DNA from: Candidatus Sumerlaeota bacterium
GTDB taxonomy: Bacteria > Sumerlaeota > Sumerlaeia > Sumerlaeales > Sumerlaeaceae
Direction of reading: 5' to 3'
NCBI GenBank assembly: GCA_017161655.1
Contig: JADFCV010000002.1
Coordinates: 218,778-282,777 of the forward strand
Length of the DNA stretch: 64,000 bases
Part shown: piece by piece, positions 36,511 through 45,215 of the stretch
Layout: each line of letters begins with the position of its first letter
Position numbering within the stretch: the stretch's first letter is position 1
Program-made: the position numbers and the translations under genes
Notes under the pieces: generated by a model
Told to the model about the DNA's origin: nothing
The model's database searches: none
What the model saw: the letters and a program-made list of their open reading frames with translations, nothing else

Positions 36511-38210
36511 TCGCGATGAGAGAAAAGGGGGCATCTTCTGACAAGGTGCCGTTTCCCTCATCTCTTATCGTGCTACGTGGCACACTTCCCGCATTCCTAG
36601 TTTTTTTGGCATCTCTCTGGCTTCTTTCCTTGGGTCAATTCACAGTGCGGCGCATCACGACTGGCCTCGAGCATCCTTACGTCCAGCTCGACAATGAAGA
36701 AGGTGCACTACTGGCGCAGACGCTTGAGCTGCGCGGCGGCACATTACCTTATCGTCCCCTTGTGGATTATCCTTACATCGTTGGGACCTATCCCCCCCTT
36801 TACCTGGCAGCAGCTGCTTTTTGCACGACGGCGGAGACGCCCTCCTTCTATGGGGGGAGACTCGTATCCGCGATTGCCGCGGCGATGTGTCTAGTGGCTT
36901 TGGCAGTAACGGGATGGCGCTTGGGGCGCTCGTTCTTGTCAGCAGTCGTTGCACCGTCTCTTTTCTTGGGGACGTTTGAGGTTTACAGTTGGTCCCCCTA
37001 TTTCCGTACGGATTTTCTGGCGCTTGCTTTTTCGCTGCTAGGACTCTGCGTTGGGCTCTCTTTTTTCCAGAAACGCGTGGCTCTCGTTTTTTCTGCGCTT
37101 CTGTTCGCATGCGCTTTTTTTACAAAACAAACGTCCATCGCTGCCCCATTAGCGTTGTCTGTTGCATTGCTGGGTCGGAACCGCCGAGCTGTCGCGTTGT
37201 TTGTTTTCACCTACCTCAGCGCAGTCGCGATCCCCTTTGCTCTACTCACTTTGCTCACTCGCGGCCAGTTCTTTGTTCACACAGTGCTCTACAATGCTAA
37301 CCGCATGAACTGGCCTGATCTGATTGTATGGGCCAAACATGTTTGGCGTTTCTATCCGTGGCTCCTGGGTCTTGTTGTTGCCGCGCTGGTGTTGCCGCAC
37401 CTCGAAGAATTAAGCGGCAAGTCATCTTCGATAGACCCGTCTAAGAATGACACCAGCGATGCATCAACTCATCCCGCCGGTGACGCAGAATTGTTATCGG
37501 TTACTCCGCCATCTTGCGCTCGTAGCAAGGATTCTCAAGGCGTGCTGAGCAGTGCCGCAGCGATTTATTTCCTCTTCTCTCTTATAAATTTCGTTGCGAT
37601 AGCAAAGGCGGGCAGCGCCGAAAACTATCTCCTGGAACCTCTCGCAGCTGCTGCTCTCCTTGTAGGCACGGCGTTAGGTCGCTTTGCGCGTCCTTCCCCA
37701 TCTGCAAATGACCATTCCTTGCACGTCCAGCGCGTCCTTACTGTATTGTTCCTCTGCCATGCCGTCCACGTTGCTCACTGGGCGCCCGTCATGTTTTCAC
37801 CAGCCAAGCAACCGACGTCCGAAGATTTCAAACTCGCAGCAGTTCTTACGCAGCGTCTGCGCTCGGTCGCCGATCCCGTCATTAGCGAGCTTGCGGGCTA
37901 TACGATTTTCGCGGGGAAAAAAGTGCTCTTTCAGCCTTTTATTATGAGTGAGTTGGCACGGCAGGGTCGCTGGGACGAAAGTCACTTCGTGCGCGACATT
38001 GCCAACCACCGTTTCTCTTTAATTGCCACGACCGTCGATCTTACCACCAACGCCTACTCGGATGCTTTCACACCTGCCATGCGTGAGGCGATTCGGACGC
38101 ATTACGAACGTGCCGAAAAGTTTGAGTCCGGTCAGCTTTGGCGGTATTATCTTTTTTGTCCCAAACGCGATCCTGTCCAGCCGATCACCGGGAAGAAACA
38201 AAGCGGATGA
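36507..38210 (+). CDS. Polytopic membrane protein resembling GT-C-fold glycosyltransferases (ArnT/PMT/GT39/GT87-like)
   Basis: 567 aa with at least 10 predicted TM helices. First loop DYPYIVGTYPPLY, FTKQTSIAAPL. Soluble C-terminal domain of ~130 aa. The start overlaps the GT9 stop (ATGA). Confidence 0.4.
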   Translation: MIAMREKGASSDKVPFPSSLIVLRGTLPAFLVFLASLWLLSLGQFTVRRITTGLEHPYVQLDNEEGALLAQTLELRGGTLPYRPLVDYPYIVGTYPPLYLAAAAFCTTAETPSFYGGRLVSAIAAAMCLVALAVTGWRLGRSFLSAVVAPSLFLGTFEVYSWSPYFRTDFLALAFSLLGLCVGLSFFQKRVALVFSALLFACAFFTKQTSIAAPLALSVALLGRNRRAVALFVFTYLSAVAIPFALLTLLTRGQFFVHTVLYNANRMNWPDLIVWAKHVWRFYPWLLGLVVAALVLPHLEELSGKSSSIDPSKNDTSDASTHPAGDAELLSVTPPSCARSKDSQGVLSSAAAIYFLFSLINFVAIAKAGSAENYLLEPLAAAALLVGTALGRFARPSPSANDHSLHVQRVLTVLFLCHAVHVAHWAPVMFSPAKQPTSEDFKLAAVLTQRLRSVADPVISELAGYTIFAGKKVLFQPFIMSELARQGRWDESHFVRDIANHRFSLIATTVDLTTNAYSDAFTPAMREAIRTHYERAEKFESGQLWRYYLFCPKRDPVQPITGKKQSG

Positions 38211-39106
38211 GGCACGATTCCTCACATCTTGTAGGACGCCTCCTCATGCTGACCTCTGCTCTTTGCTTCGGAGTTATGGCTCTTCTCACCCGCATTCTTG
38301 CTTCTCTTCCCAGTGCCGAGAAGGTGTTCTTCCGAAGTTTTATCGGTCTCCTTCTCACAGCTGCTGCGTTCGTTGTCTTCTGTCGGCCTTTACCTCGGCC
38401 ACGCAATTATCGAGGGCTAATATGGCGCGGGATCTTTGGCAGTTTGGCGCTGCTCTGTTACTTTTACGCTATCGACCGTTGCGGCCTGCCGAAAGCCACA
38501 CTCTATTGTTACACCTATCCCGTGTGGGCGACACTTCTGGCATGGGCCGACTTGGGAGAGCGGCCATCGTCGCATGCCATTCTGGCCACTCTCGTTGCTG
38601 TGCTTGGCGTTGTTTTGACCCTGGAATTTCATGCAGACGCGCTTCTATCATTTTCGCATGCGGATGTCATTGGCCTACTGGCTGGGGCCTTTACGGGGGC
38701 TGCGATTGTCAGCGTTCGGCGCCTTCGTCAGGTTGAGTCTTCATGGTGGATTGTCATCTTCTTCACTTCCATCGGAGCTCTTCTCAGTGCCCCATTTCTT
38801 TTTGTTTCGTTCAAGCCGCCGGCGATGCTTGAGTGGCTAGGACTCATCGCACTTGCAGCGGCCGCCGCTGTGGCTCAGCTTCTGATGACAAAAGCCTATC
38901 GCACGCTCACCGCTGCAGAGGGAAGTTTGCTCTCGCTCACTGTGGTGCCATGGAGCTCCCTCTTTTCTGTCATTTTTCTAAGCGAAGTGCCACCGCTTCG
39001 CTTTTGGATAGGCGCTGCGGTTGTGTTCCTCGCAGTTGGGTGGCTCGTCCTTCACCAGACGAGCACACGTCCTGCCACACTGCCAGAGTCGCCGCTCGTC
39101 GACTGA
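38207..39106 (+). CDS. EamA/DMT-superfamily transporter (10-TM drug/metabolite exporter family)
   Basis: Two EamA-like halves (LALLCYFYAIDRCGLPKATLYCYTYPVWATLLAW; LLSLTVVPWSSLFSVIFLSE). The ATG at 38207 overlaps the upstream stop (ATGA). The ORF track lists a longer form from 38138. Confidence 0.7.
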   Translation: MRHDSSHLVGRLLMLTSALCFGVMALLTRILASLPSAEKVFFRSFIGLLLTAAAFVVFCRPLPRPRNYRGLIWRGIFGSLALLCYFYAIDRCGLPKATLYCYTYPVWATLLAWADLGERPSSHAILATLVAVLGVVLTLEFHADALLSFSHADVIGLLAGAFTGAAIVSVRRLRQVESSWWIVIFFTSIGALLSAPFLFVSFKPPAMLEWLGLIALAAAAAVAQLLMTKAYRTLTAAEGSLLSLTVVPWSSLFSVIFLSEVPPLRFWIGAAVVFLAVGWLVLHQTSTRPATLPESPLVD

Positions 39107-39194
39107 AATTTCACCAGTCAACCTTGAGAAAACTATGCACGTCTGAACCTGTGCAAAGCCAGATGCCTTTGCCTTGAGCGACTGTGAGGTGGAA

Positions 39195-40433
39195 ATGGTG
39201 AGTCACAATCATGGGCCAGTGGTTTCCTTGCAACCGCAGCTCCGGCGGCTTGTGGAGCAAGGAGAAATAGGAATTCCTGAACTTGCGGATGCGATCCTCG
39301 ACGGCGCGGAAAGCGTCGCCGCAAGCGATGTCCACATCGAGGCCCATGCCCAGTCCTACGTGGTACGTTTTCGTGTAGATGGAATGCTGCTCGATGTCAT
39401 TTCGATTCCCAAGTCACTCGGGGAAAACCTCATTGGCCGCCTGAAGATGATGGCCCGGGTCCTTACTTACAGGAAACGTGTGCCGCAGGACGGACGGGTA
39501 GAAGCTGGAGGAATCGGGATTAGGGCGGCGTTCATGCCAACCTTGCACGGTGAAAAGGCTGTCCTTCGGCTGCCTGTCGCTAACGTTCCGCAACGTCTTC
39601 ATGAGCTAGGAATGACTGATGACGACCGCACATGCCTAGAACGCGAGCTGATCGGCGGGCACGGAGTGATTTTTCTCACTGGCCCTTCCAGTAGCGGCAA
39701 GAGCACCACCATTTATGCTGCTCTCCGCTACATTCTTGAGCACTCGCCCCTGATACCAAATATTCTCACACTCGAAGATCCCATCGAGCAGGAGGTTCCA
39801 GGCGTCAATCAGACCCAAATCGACCCAGCTGGTGGGCTGACCTTTCCTGCCGGGCTTCGGACTATACTGCGGATGGATCCTGACGTCATTGTCGTGGGGG
39901 AGATTCGCGACGAAGAGACCGCGCGCATTGCTGTCCACGCTGGACTAAGTGGCCATAGAGTCTTAACCACCATTCACTCCGGATCCTGCGCACAGGTCTA
40001 TGCCCGCCTCCTTCACATGGGGATCGAGCCGTTTCTTCTCGCAACCGCAGTCTCTCTCATCATGGCCCAGCGCCTGGCGCGGCGCGTGTGCTCTTCTTGT
40101 GCTCAGCCACGTCCACTCGACCAGTGGGAAACCCGCCTCCTATCCGGGGAAGATTCGAGTGATTTTACCGGTGTGTCAGCCCCAGGGTGCCCAGACTGTT
40201 TCGGGACGGGTGCTCGTGGCCGATTGGCCATATTTGAATTGGCGGTCCCTTCTGCCGCAGTACGTCAAGCTGTCCTGGAGTGCGCGCCAGCACCTTTGAT
40301 CGCGGAGCTTCTCGAGGCGGCGGGAATGCGTCCTTTGCGCGTTGCTCTGCGTAACGCTGTCGTTGCCCACCAAGTTAGCATCGAAGAAGCAATTCGCCTG
40401 ACTGGAGGAATTAGGGATGAACGGGCCAGCTAA
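39195..40433 (+). CDS. GspE/PilB/ComGA-family secretion ATPase, minimal form (no N1 domain) with C-terminal tetracysteine motif
   Basis: SDVHIEAH...VRFRVDGML, RLKMMARVLTYRKRVPQDGRV. Walker A variant LTGPSSSGKSTTIYAAL, VGEIRDEETARIAVHAGLSGHRVLTTIHS, and CSSC...CPDC. ATG at 39195 preceded by GAGGTGG; the ORF track start is TTG at 39174. Confidence 0.8.
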   Translation: MVSHNHGPVVSLQPQLRRLVEQGEIGIPELADAILDGAESVAASDVHIEAHAQSYVVRFRVDGMLLDVISIPKSLGENLIGRLKMMARVLTYRKRVPQDGRVEAGGIGIRAAFMPTLHGEKAVLRLPVANVPQRLHELGMTDDDRTCLERELIGGHGVIFLTGPSSSGKSTTIYAALRYILEHSPLIPNILTLEDPIEQEVPGVNQTQIDPAGGLTFPAGLRTILRMDPDVIVVGEIRDEETARIAVHAGLSGHRVLTTIHSGSCAQVYARLLHMGIEPFLLATAVSLIMAQRLARRVCSSCAQPRPLDQWETRLLSGEDSSDFTGVSAPGCPDCFGTGARGRLAIFELAVPSAAVRQAVLECAPAPLIAELLEAAGMRPLRVALRNAVVAHQVSIEEAIRLTGGIRDERAS

Positions 40434-42528
40434 AGAGGAACCGAAACACTCAAAGCAGGATTCTTCGATCGAGCATGAAAGCGACGTAAGAATCCGGCCG
40501 GGATACGTTCCTTATGTTTCGAAAACGCATCGTTTGGTTACCGAGCGCGAAATCTCTCCGTGGGGTGCTGCCAAAACGTTTCTCGCTTGGGCGTTTCTCG
40601 GATTCCTTTTGCTTATTGTGTCCTCGACTGTGCGAGATGGACGGTTCCCACGTTCGGAAAACATCCGTTTTGCCATTGGGCTGTCTGGCCTCGCATGGGG
40701 GCTCTGCTATCTCATCGTACGTCTTACTGAAAGAGCTGCGCGATGGGCTGTCGGCGGCATAAAAAGCCAAAGTCTGTCGCGCATATACGCAGCGATCGTT
40801 GCATCCGTACTTCTTGGCACCCTATCCGTGTATTCCCCCCTCCCACTTCTGATCCGCCATTATCTACTTTCTGAGAATATATCGCCTGGTTTTGAGACAA
40901 AAGACTTGCTTCGGGATTTCTCGCAAGCCGTGGCCTTAGGGATCTGGGCGTTATTTACTGTTTTTGTTTGGCTCTATCGGCCACTGGCAACGAAATCCTC
41001 TGCTACCCGGCACTCCAGGGTTCTTGTGCTCGTAGTAGCGGGTTCTTTGCTGCTGGTGATGATGATAGTCCGGGGTATGTATGAGAATCACCCACAACAG
41101 ACCATCGGAGGATTGTGGCTAAGCTACCTTGTTCTGAGCGATTTGCACCCACAATGGGATCGAGAAGTAGTCAAATTCGCTCCGCAACTTGCTCTTTTGT
41201 CTGCGTTTGCCATCCCTCTGTTTGTCGTGTTACTATTGCTGCTCAACGCAAGAACTTGGGGTCCCGACGTTTCGATAAGAAGTCCTTTAGGGCCTATTCG
41301 CCCGCGGGTAAGCATCTCAGCAGCTCTTAATGCTCTTATCCACGGCGCACTGGTCGTTGGTGCAATAGCCTGCTTCAGTGTGGGAGCAACCGCCACAAGT
41401 CCCTTGGAGACACCCAGGGCCATGTGGTTGTTATTTATTCTTTTTCTCGTTAGCTTCTTGGTCGGCCGCTTGTCCCTTGCAGCATTTATGCTGCCTCAAA
41501 GGGCCCGGTGGCAGCCATCTTTTTACGAACATCTCGCTTTGGCAGTCGAAAGTGGCTATCCTCTGTCGGACGCAATTCTTAGCTACCTCGAGTCTGACAT
41601 TCCCTCATCAGTCAAGATGGCTCTGTTTCAGATTCTCCACAGTATCGAGCTCGGCGTCTCTCTTCCTCAGGCTTTACTTGAGAATCCTGTAATGTTTCCA
41701 GCTCAAGATGCAGCCTTAATCGCGAGCGCAGAGGATCCAGCCACACTTGCTCAAACACTTCGCTATTTGGCGAACCAGGAGCGTCGCCGTAGCTACGAGA
41801 CTCTGAGCCTTTCCTATTTGCGACTCATTGCTCTCGAGGCAATTGCGGCGGTGATAATCTTCTTCTTCATCTCAATAGTCTCGCTGCCGAAAATCCTGGC
41901 TGTTTCGACTCAAGCCACAGTCATACCTATCCCGCAGTTTTCGCAGGCGGTCTTCGCTGCGTCGGACTGGGTTACGGAACACGTTCTTGAGATTCTGGCA
42001 CTGCTATTTCTTGCCTATCTACTCATTCGGGTAATTTACTCCCGCAGTCTTATCTTTCGGATCATCGTATGGCGCCTGTGTCCTATCCTGAAGCACTATC
42101 ATTGGGCAAAGCGCCTCGCGGGCTTCAGTCTTGGTCTGCGCCTCCAACTTCAGCGGGGGGCTCACATCGCGGAAGGAATTAAGAACGCTCAGGCTGTTGT
42201 GGGGGATTTGGTCTTTAGCCGGTTAGCCGATCGCCTTGCTGATCTGGTAAACTTGGGGAACCCTCTTTACGTTGCCGTGGGAAGCGTGCGTGCGTTCCCC
42301 GCTTCATTCGCCGCGTTTCTCGCACTGGGGGCTCGTAGTGAACGACTTCCTGAGGTACTCGAGCTGCTCGCCGAGGACTATCAGCGTCAAACGACACTGT
42401 TGCGTGAGCGGCTACTTGGGATTGCCAGCATCCTCGTCGCTCTCGCTGTGCTAATTCTAGCGGTCTGCTACGTAATGGCGGTTTACTTGGTCATGTTTAG
42501 GGTCGTCTTGGGAGTTCCTTATGAATAG
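40417..42528 (+). CDS. GspF/PilC-like platform protein (two T2SSF domains) with ~340-aa N-terminal polytopic extension
   Basis: 703 aa. T2SSF-like FYEHLALAVESGYPLSDAILSYLE...GVSLPQALLENPVMFPAQDAALIASAEDPATLAQTLRYLA at ~aa 350-480. A second at ~aa 520-700 (RLAGFSLGLRLQLQRGAHIAEGIKNA...LPEVLELLAEDYQRQ). About 8 TM helices precede the first. The start overlaps the gspE-like stop. Confidence 0.6.
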   Translation: MNGPAKEEPKHSKQDSSIEHESDVRIRPGYVPYVSKTHRLVTEREISPWGAAKTFLAWAFLGFLLLIVSSTVRDGRFPRSENIRFAIGLSGLAWGLCYLIVRLTERAARWAVGGIKSQSLSRIYAAIVASVLLGTLSVYSPLPLLIRHYLLSENISPGFETKDLLRDFSQAVALGIWALFTVFVWLYRPLATKSSATRHSRVLVLVVAGSLLLVMMIVRGMYENHPQQTIGGLWLSYLVLSDLHPQWDREVVKFAPQLALLSAFAIPLFVVLLLLLNARTWGPDVSIRSPLGPIRPRVSISAALNALIHGALVVGAIACFSVGATATSPLETPRAMWLLFILFLVSFLVGRLSLAAFMLPQRARWQPSFYEHLALAVESGYPLSDAILSYLESDIPSSVKMALFQILHSIELGVSLPQALLENPVMFPAQDAALIASAEDPATLAQTLRYLANQERRRSYETLSLSYLRLIALEAIAAVIIFFFISIVSLPKILAVSTQATVIPIPQFSQAVFAASDWVTEHVLEILALLFLAYLLIRVIYSRSLIFRIIVWRLCPILKHYHWAKRLAGFSLGLRLQLQRGAHIAEGIKNAQAVVGDLVFSRLADRLADLVNLGNPLYVAVGSVRAFPASFAAFLALGARSERLPEVLELLAEDYQRQTTLLRERLLGIASILVALAVLILAVCYVMAVYLVMFRVVLGVPYE

Positions 42529-42707
42529 CAAAATCACAAGAGGGCTGTTCGAATTGCCTTTCCGTGCCGAGAGAGGGCCAGTCCACGTTGCCCACCAAAC
42601 GGCCCCGCGGCATCCGACTCTGCACTTGCAACGACAAGAGCTTTCATGTGGGCCACGGTCTCCTAACGGGGTGACAAATCATCTTCACGTGAGAGGAGAG
42701 AGCGCGA

Positions 42708-43766
42708 ATGCATGCTTACGATGATCTGGAAATCATTTTAGCCGAATTGGCCCATCTCGATGCTGCGGGACTGAATGCGGAAGAAGGGATAGCGGCATTG
42801 CGCGAGCGGATTCGGAGCCGGCCGCTTCGCCAGGCGCTCGATGAACTTGAGGAAAACTGCCGATGCGGACTGACACTCGGCCAGGCTATGGCTCGGGTGG
42901 GAGGTATCTTTCATCCTGTCATACGCGGGCTTGTTGTGGCAGGGGAGAAAAGCGGGGATCTGGCCGGCGCCCTCGTGAAGTCAGCGTCTTTCCTCGCTAT
43001 GCGACGCAGTGTCCTGAGCGCACTTCGCACCGCAGGGCTTTATCCGTTTGCCGTTCTCACCGTTGGAGCCATTGTCTCAGTGCTTCTCGCCTTCTTTATT
43101 TTACCTCATCAGTGGGCACTCGTCGAGAAAATGCACCTTCAAATCTGGCGGACAGACCACACTCAGTCGCCGCATTCCGCATTCGTTGCCGCCAGCATTG
43201 CCATCCGTGCTTCTGCTCTGCTCATTTGTGCTCTCTGGCTAGCGGCCGTGGTTTTAGCTCTCCTCATGCTGAAGGCTCCCCATCAACCTCTTCTGCACCG
43301 CGTCATCGCGCGGCTGCCTGGTTTTGGCCCTGTTGTCAGGCGCTACTTCTTATTCCACTTCGCGTCCGTTCTCGAAATGCAGCTCAGCCGCGGCGTTCCG
43401 CTCACACAAGCGCTGGATGCCCTGGCGGACGATGCAAGTCTTCCACTGGTAGCTGAAGCAGCCCGTTGTGCTCGAAACTCTCTTGAGCTGGGCGCGCCGA
43501 TGTCAAACGGCCTTGTGCTGACGCCGATCGTTTTCCCCCCACAAGAGCTATGGTTCTTGCGTCACGCTGAACGCTACGAACATGTGCCCCGCTATTTTGC
43601 TGAGCTTGCAAACAAAACGGCCGCGGAAATCCGGACCATAGAAAGACTTATACTCAGATTCGAGCCGCTAGCAATCGGCCTACTCAGCATCGTTGTTGCC
43701 ATGTTTCTCGTTTCAGTCTTTCTCCCGATTTCGCGTTGGTATCAATTCATTTCCCTGGGGGAGTGA
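42708..43766 (+). CDS. GspF/PilC-like platform protein (two T2SSF-like domains, compact 352 aa)
   Basis: LRQALDELEENCRCGLTLGQAMARVGGIFHPVIRGLVVAGEKSGDLAGALVKSASF and VVRRYFLFHFASVLEMQLSRGVPLTQALDAL...PQELWFLRHAERYEHVPRYFAELA, each followed by TM helices. Confidence 0.6.
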   Translation: MHAYDDLEIILAELAHLDAAGLNAEEGIAALRERIRSRPLRQALDELEENCRCGLTLGQAMARVGGIFHPVIRGLVVAGEKSGDLAGALVKSASFLAMRRSVLSALRTAGLYPFAVLTVGAIVSVLLAFFILPHQWALVEKMHLQIWRTDHTQSPHSAFVAASIAIRASALLICALWLAAVVLALLMLKAPHQPLLHRVIARLPGFGPVVRRYFLFHFASVLEMQLSRGVPLTQALDALADDASLPLVAEAARCARNSLELGAPMSNGLVLTPIVFPPQELWFLRHAERYEHVPRYFAELANKTAAEIRTIERLILRFEPLAIGLLSIVVAMFLVSVFLPISRWYQFISLGE

Positions 43767-43770
43767 AACG

Positions 43771-44205
43771 ATGATGAAGAGAGTCATGATTTCAAAGGCT
43801 GGGGGAGTGCACCGGCAAGCCGCGATCACGCTCCTGGAGATGCTTGTCGTCATAGCAGTTCTCAACATAGCCTTTTTGGGTTATCTCTTACTCGCGGATC
43901 GAGCCATGAGTACGGCGGCCTGGGGACGCGACATGACACTTGCCCTGACCCTGGCCCAGAACGAACTTGAATGGTGGCAATCAGCGTCGGCTGAAGCTCG
44001 CGCGAACCTGGGGCCAGGTGACCACAATTTTGCCAACCCAACCGCGGAGAACATCCGTCAACCATTTACCGCAAGACTTCACGTCGAGCCCGTAGGAGAT
44101 AGCCTTCTCCTACTTCGCGCTGTTGTTCAACGCGAACACTGGCACCGCCCAGTTCAAATCGAGCTCGAAACACTCATTCCAAGAGAGGGAGGACAGCGGC
44201 AATGA
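43771..44205 (+). CDS. Prepilin/pseudopilin-like protein (N-terminal methylation-type hydrophobic helix, non-canonical cleavage site)
   Basis: MMKRVMISKAGGVHRQAAITLLEMLVVIAVLNIAFLGYLL is a class-III-signal-like N-terminus with Glu at the expected +5 but Ala, not Gly, before the helix. GGGGGAG Shine-Dalgarno upstream of the ATG at 43771. Confidence 0.5.
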   Translation: MMKRVMISKAGGVHRQAAITLLEMLVVIAVLNIAFLGYLLLADRAMSTAAWGRDMTLALTLAQNELEWWQSASAEARANLGPGDHNFANPTAENIRQPFTARLHVEPVGDSLLLLRAVVQREHWHRPVQIELETLIPREGGQRQ

Positions 44206-44786
44206 CAAGATCAGCACCATCGCTTCGTGCGTCGCAGCGTTCCCTTCGCAACGCATTCACACTTATCGAACAACTCATTGTCATCGCGATTGTCTCAATG
44301 CTGAGCGCGTCACTGCTCGTGGCTTTCCTGTTTTGTCTCAGGCTGGAGAAAGCAATATCCGCCCAGCAAACTCTCTCTGACACTTTTGCTGAGCTCGATC
44401 GCACTTGGCGCCACGATATTCACGGAGCTAATCGCGTGTCGTTGGTCTCGTCCAGAGCTAGCGATACACTCACGACTGTCGTTTTGATAGAGTATGATCA
44501 ACGCGACTCGCGGTTTCCATGCCGTTATGAAATTTCCCCAGACAGGCGCGGGCGGTTTACGCTTGTTCGTGCGATTGCGGGCGATCGCAAGACAACCACC
44601 ACCCAGACCCTGGCGCGCGAGCTTATGGGAGCAACGGTTTCGCTAGATGAGGAAAAGTCCCTCTACGAGCTGCGCATCACTGCCACAGCTGGATTTGACG
44701 TTTTTCATGCTCGCCAGGACCTCCGCATCATCGCGAGCGGCAAAGCGCAACCAATAAAAACCATTTTCGGGGAGGTGCCCCAATGA
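44202..44786 (+). CDS. Prepilin/pseudopilin-like protein with A|FTLIE-type leader site
   Basis: MTRSAPSLRASQRSLRNAFTLIEQLIVIAIVSMLSASLLVAFLF. FTLIE with Glu+5 is canonical, but Ala replaces Gly at position -1. The start overlaps the upstream stop (ATGA). Confidence 0.6.
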   Translation: MTRSAPSLRASQRSLRNAFTLIEQLIVIAIVSMLSASLLVAFLFCLRLEKAISAQQTLSDTFAELDRTWRHDIHGANRVSLVSSRASDTLTTVVLIEYDQRDSRFPCRYEISPDRRGRFTLVRAIAGDRKTTTTQTLARELMGATVSLDEEKSLYELRITATAGFDVFHARQDLRIIASGKAQPIKTIFGEVPQ

Positions 44787-45163
44787 GACTCCTCCGTTCT
44801 GCAACGCCTGTTGGTCGCCATCCCAGCCGTGGCTCAACGATGCTCTATGTCGGCGGAATCGTCGCTGTTGCCATGATTCTTCTGTTCGGGCTTACCGAGC
44901 AAAGCATCGCACACACACATCACGTCGGCAGCCTTGTTAACCGGGCACGCGCCGAGTGGCTCCTCCGAGGAGGGTATGTCATCTTATCAGCCCCCGAGAC
45001 CCGTCTGCCGAGCAAGGAAAAGCTACATCTTCCAGTTCGGACAGGGAATTTACAGTGTACAGTCGAACACACATCGGCGGGACTCGCACTTCTGGCAACA
45101 GCGAGCGTGCCCAGGGACAATCCGCGTCTCAGCGTAATCGCGAAGTGGTTACGTCAAGACTGA
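44783..45163 (+). CDS. Small membrane-anchored protein (possible minor pilin-like or assembly component), last gene of the array
   Basis: 126 aa with a single N-terminal TM MLYVGGIVAVAMILLFGLTEQ. The start overlaps the upstream stop (ATGA). No recognisable motif. Confidence 0.35.
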   Translation: MRLLRSATPVGRHPSRGSTMLYVGGIVAVAMILLFGLTEQSIAHTHHVGSLVNRARAEWLLRGGYVILSAPETRLPSKEKLHLPVRTGNLQCTVEHTSAGLALLATASVPRDNPRLSVIAKWLRQD

Positions 45164-45215
45164 GCCCACCGCAGCGAACAATTGTTCCTCTGCACTCGGT
45201 TCTGTCGTCTACCCT

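Noticed and set aside
36655-37110. 151-aa minus-strand ORF
   Set aside because: It is antisense and internal to the GT-C-like membrane protein gene. The sequence is basic and low-complexity.
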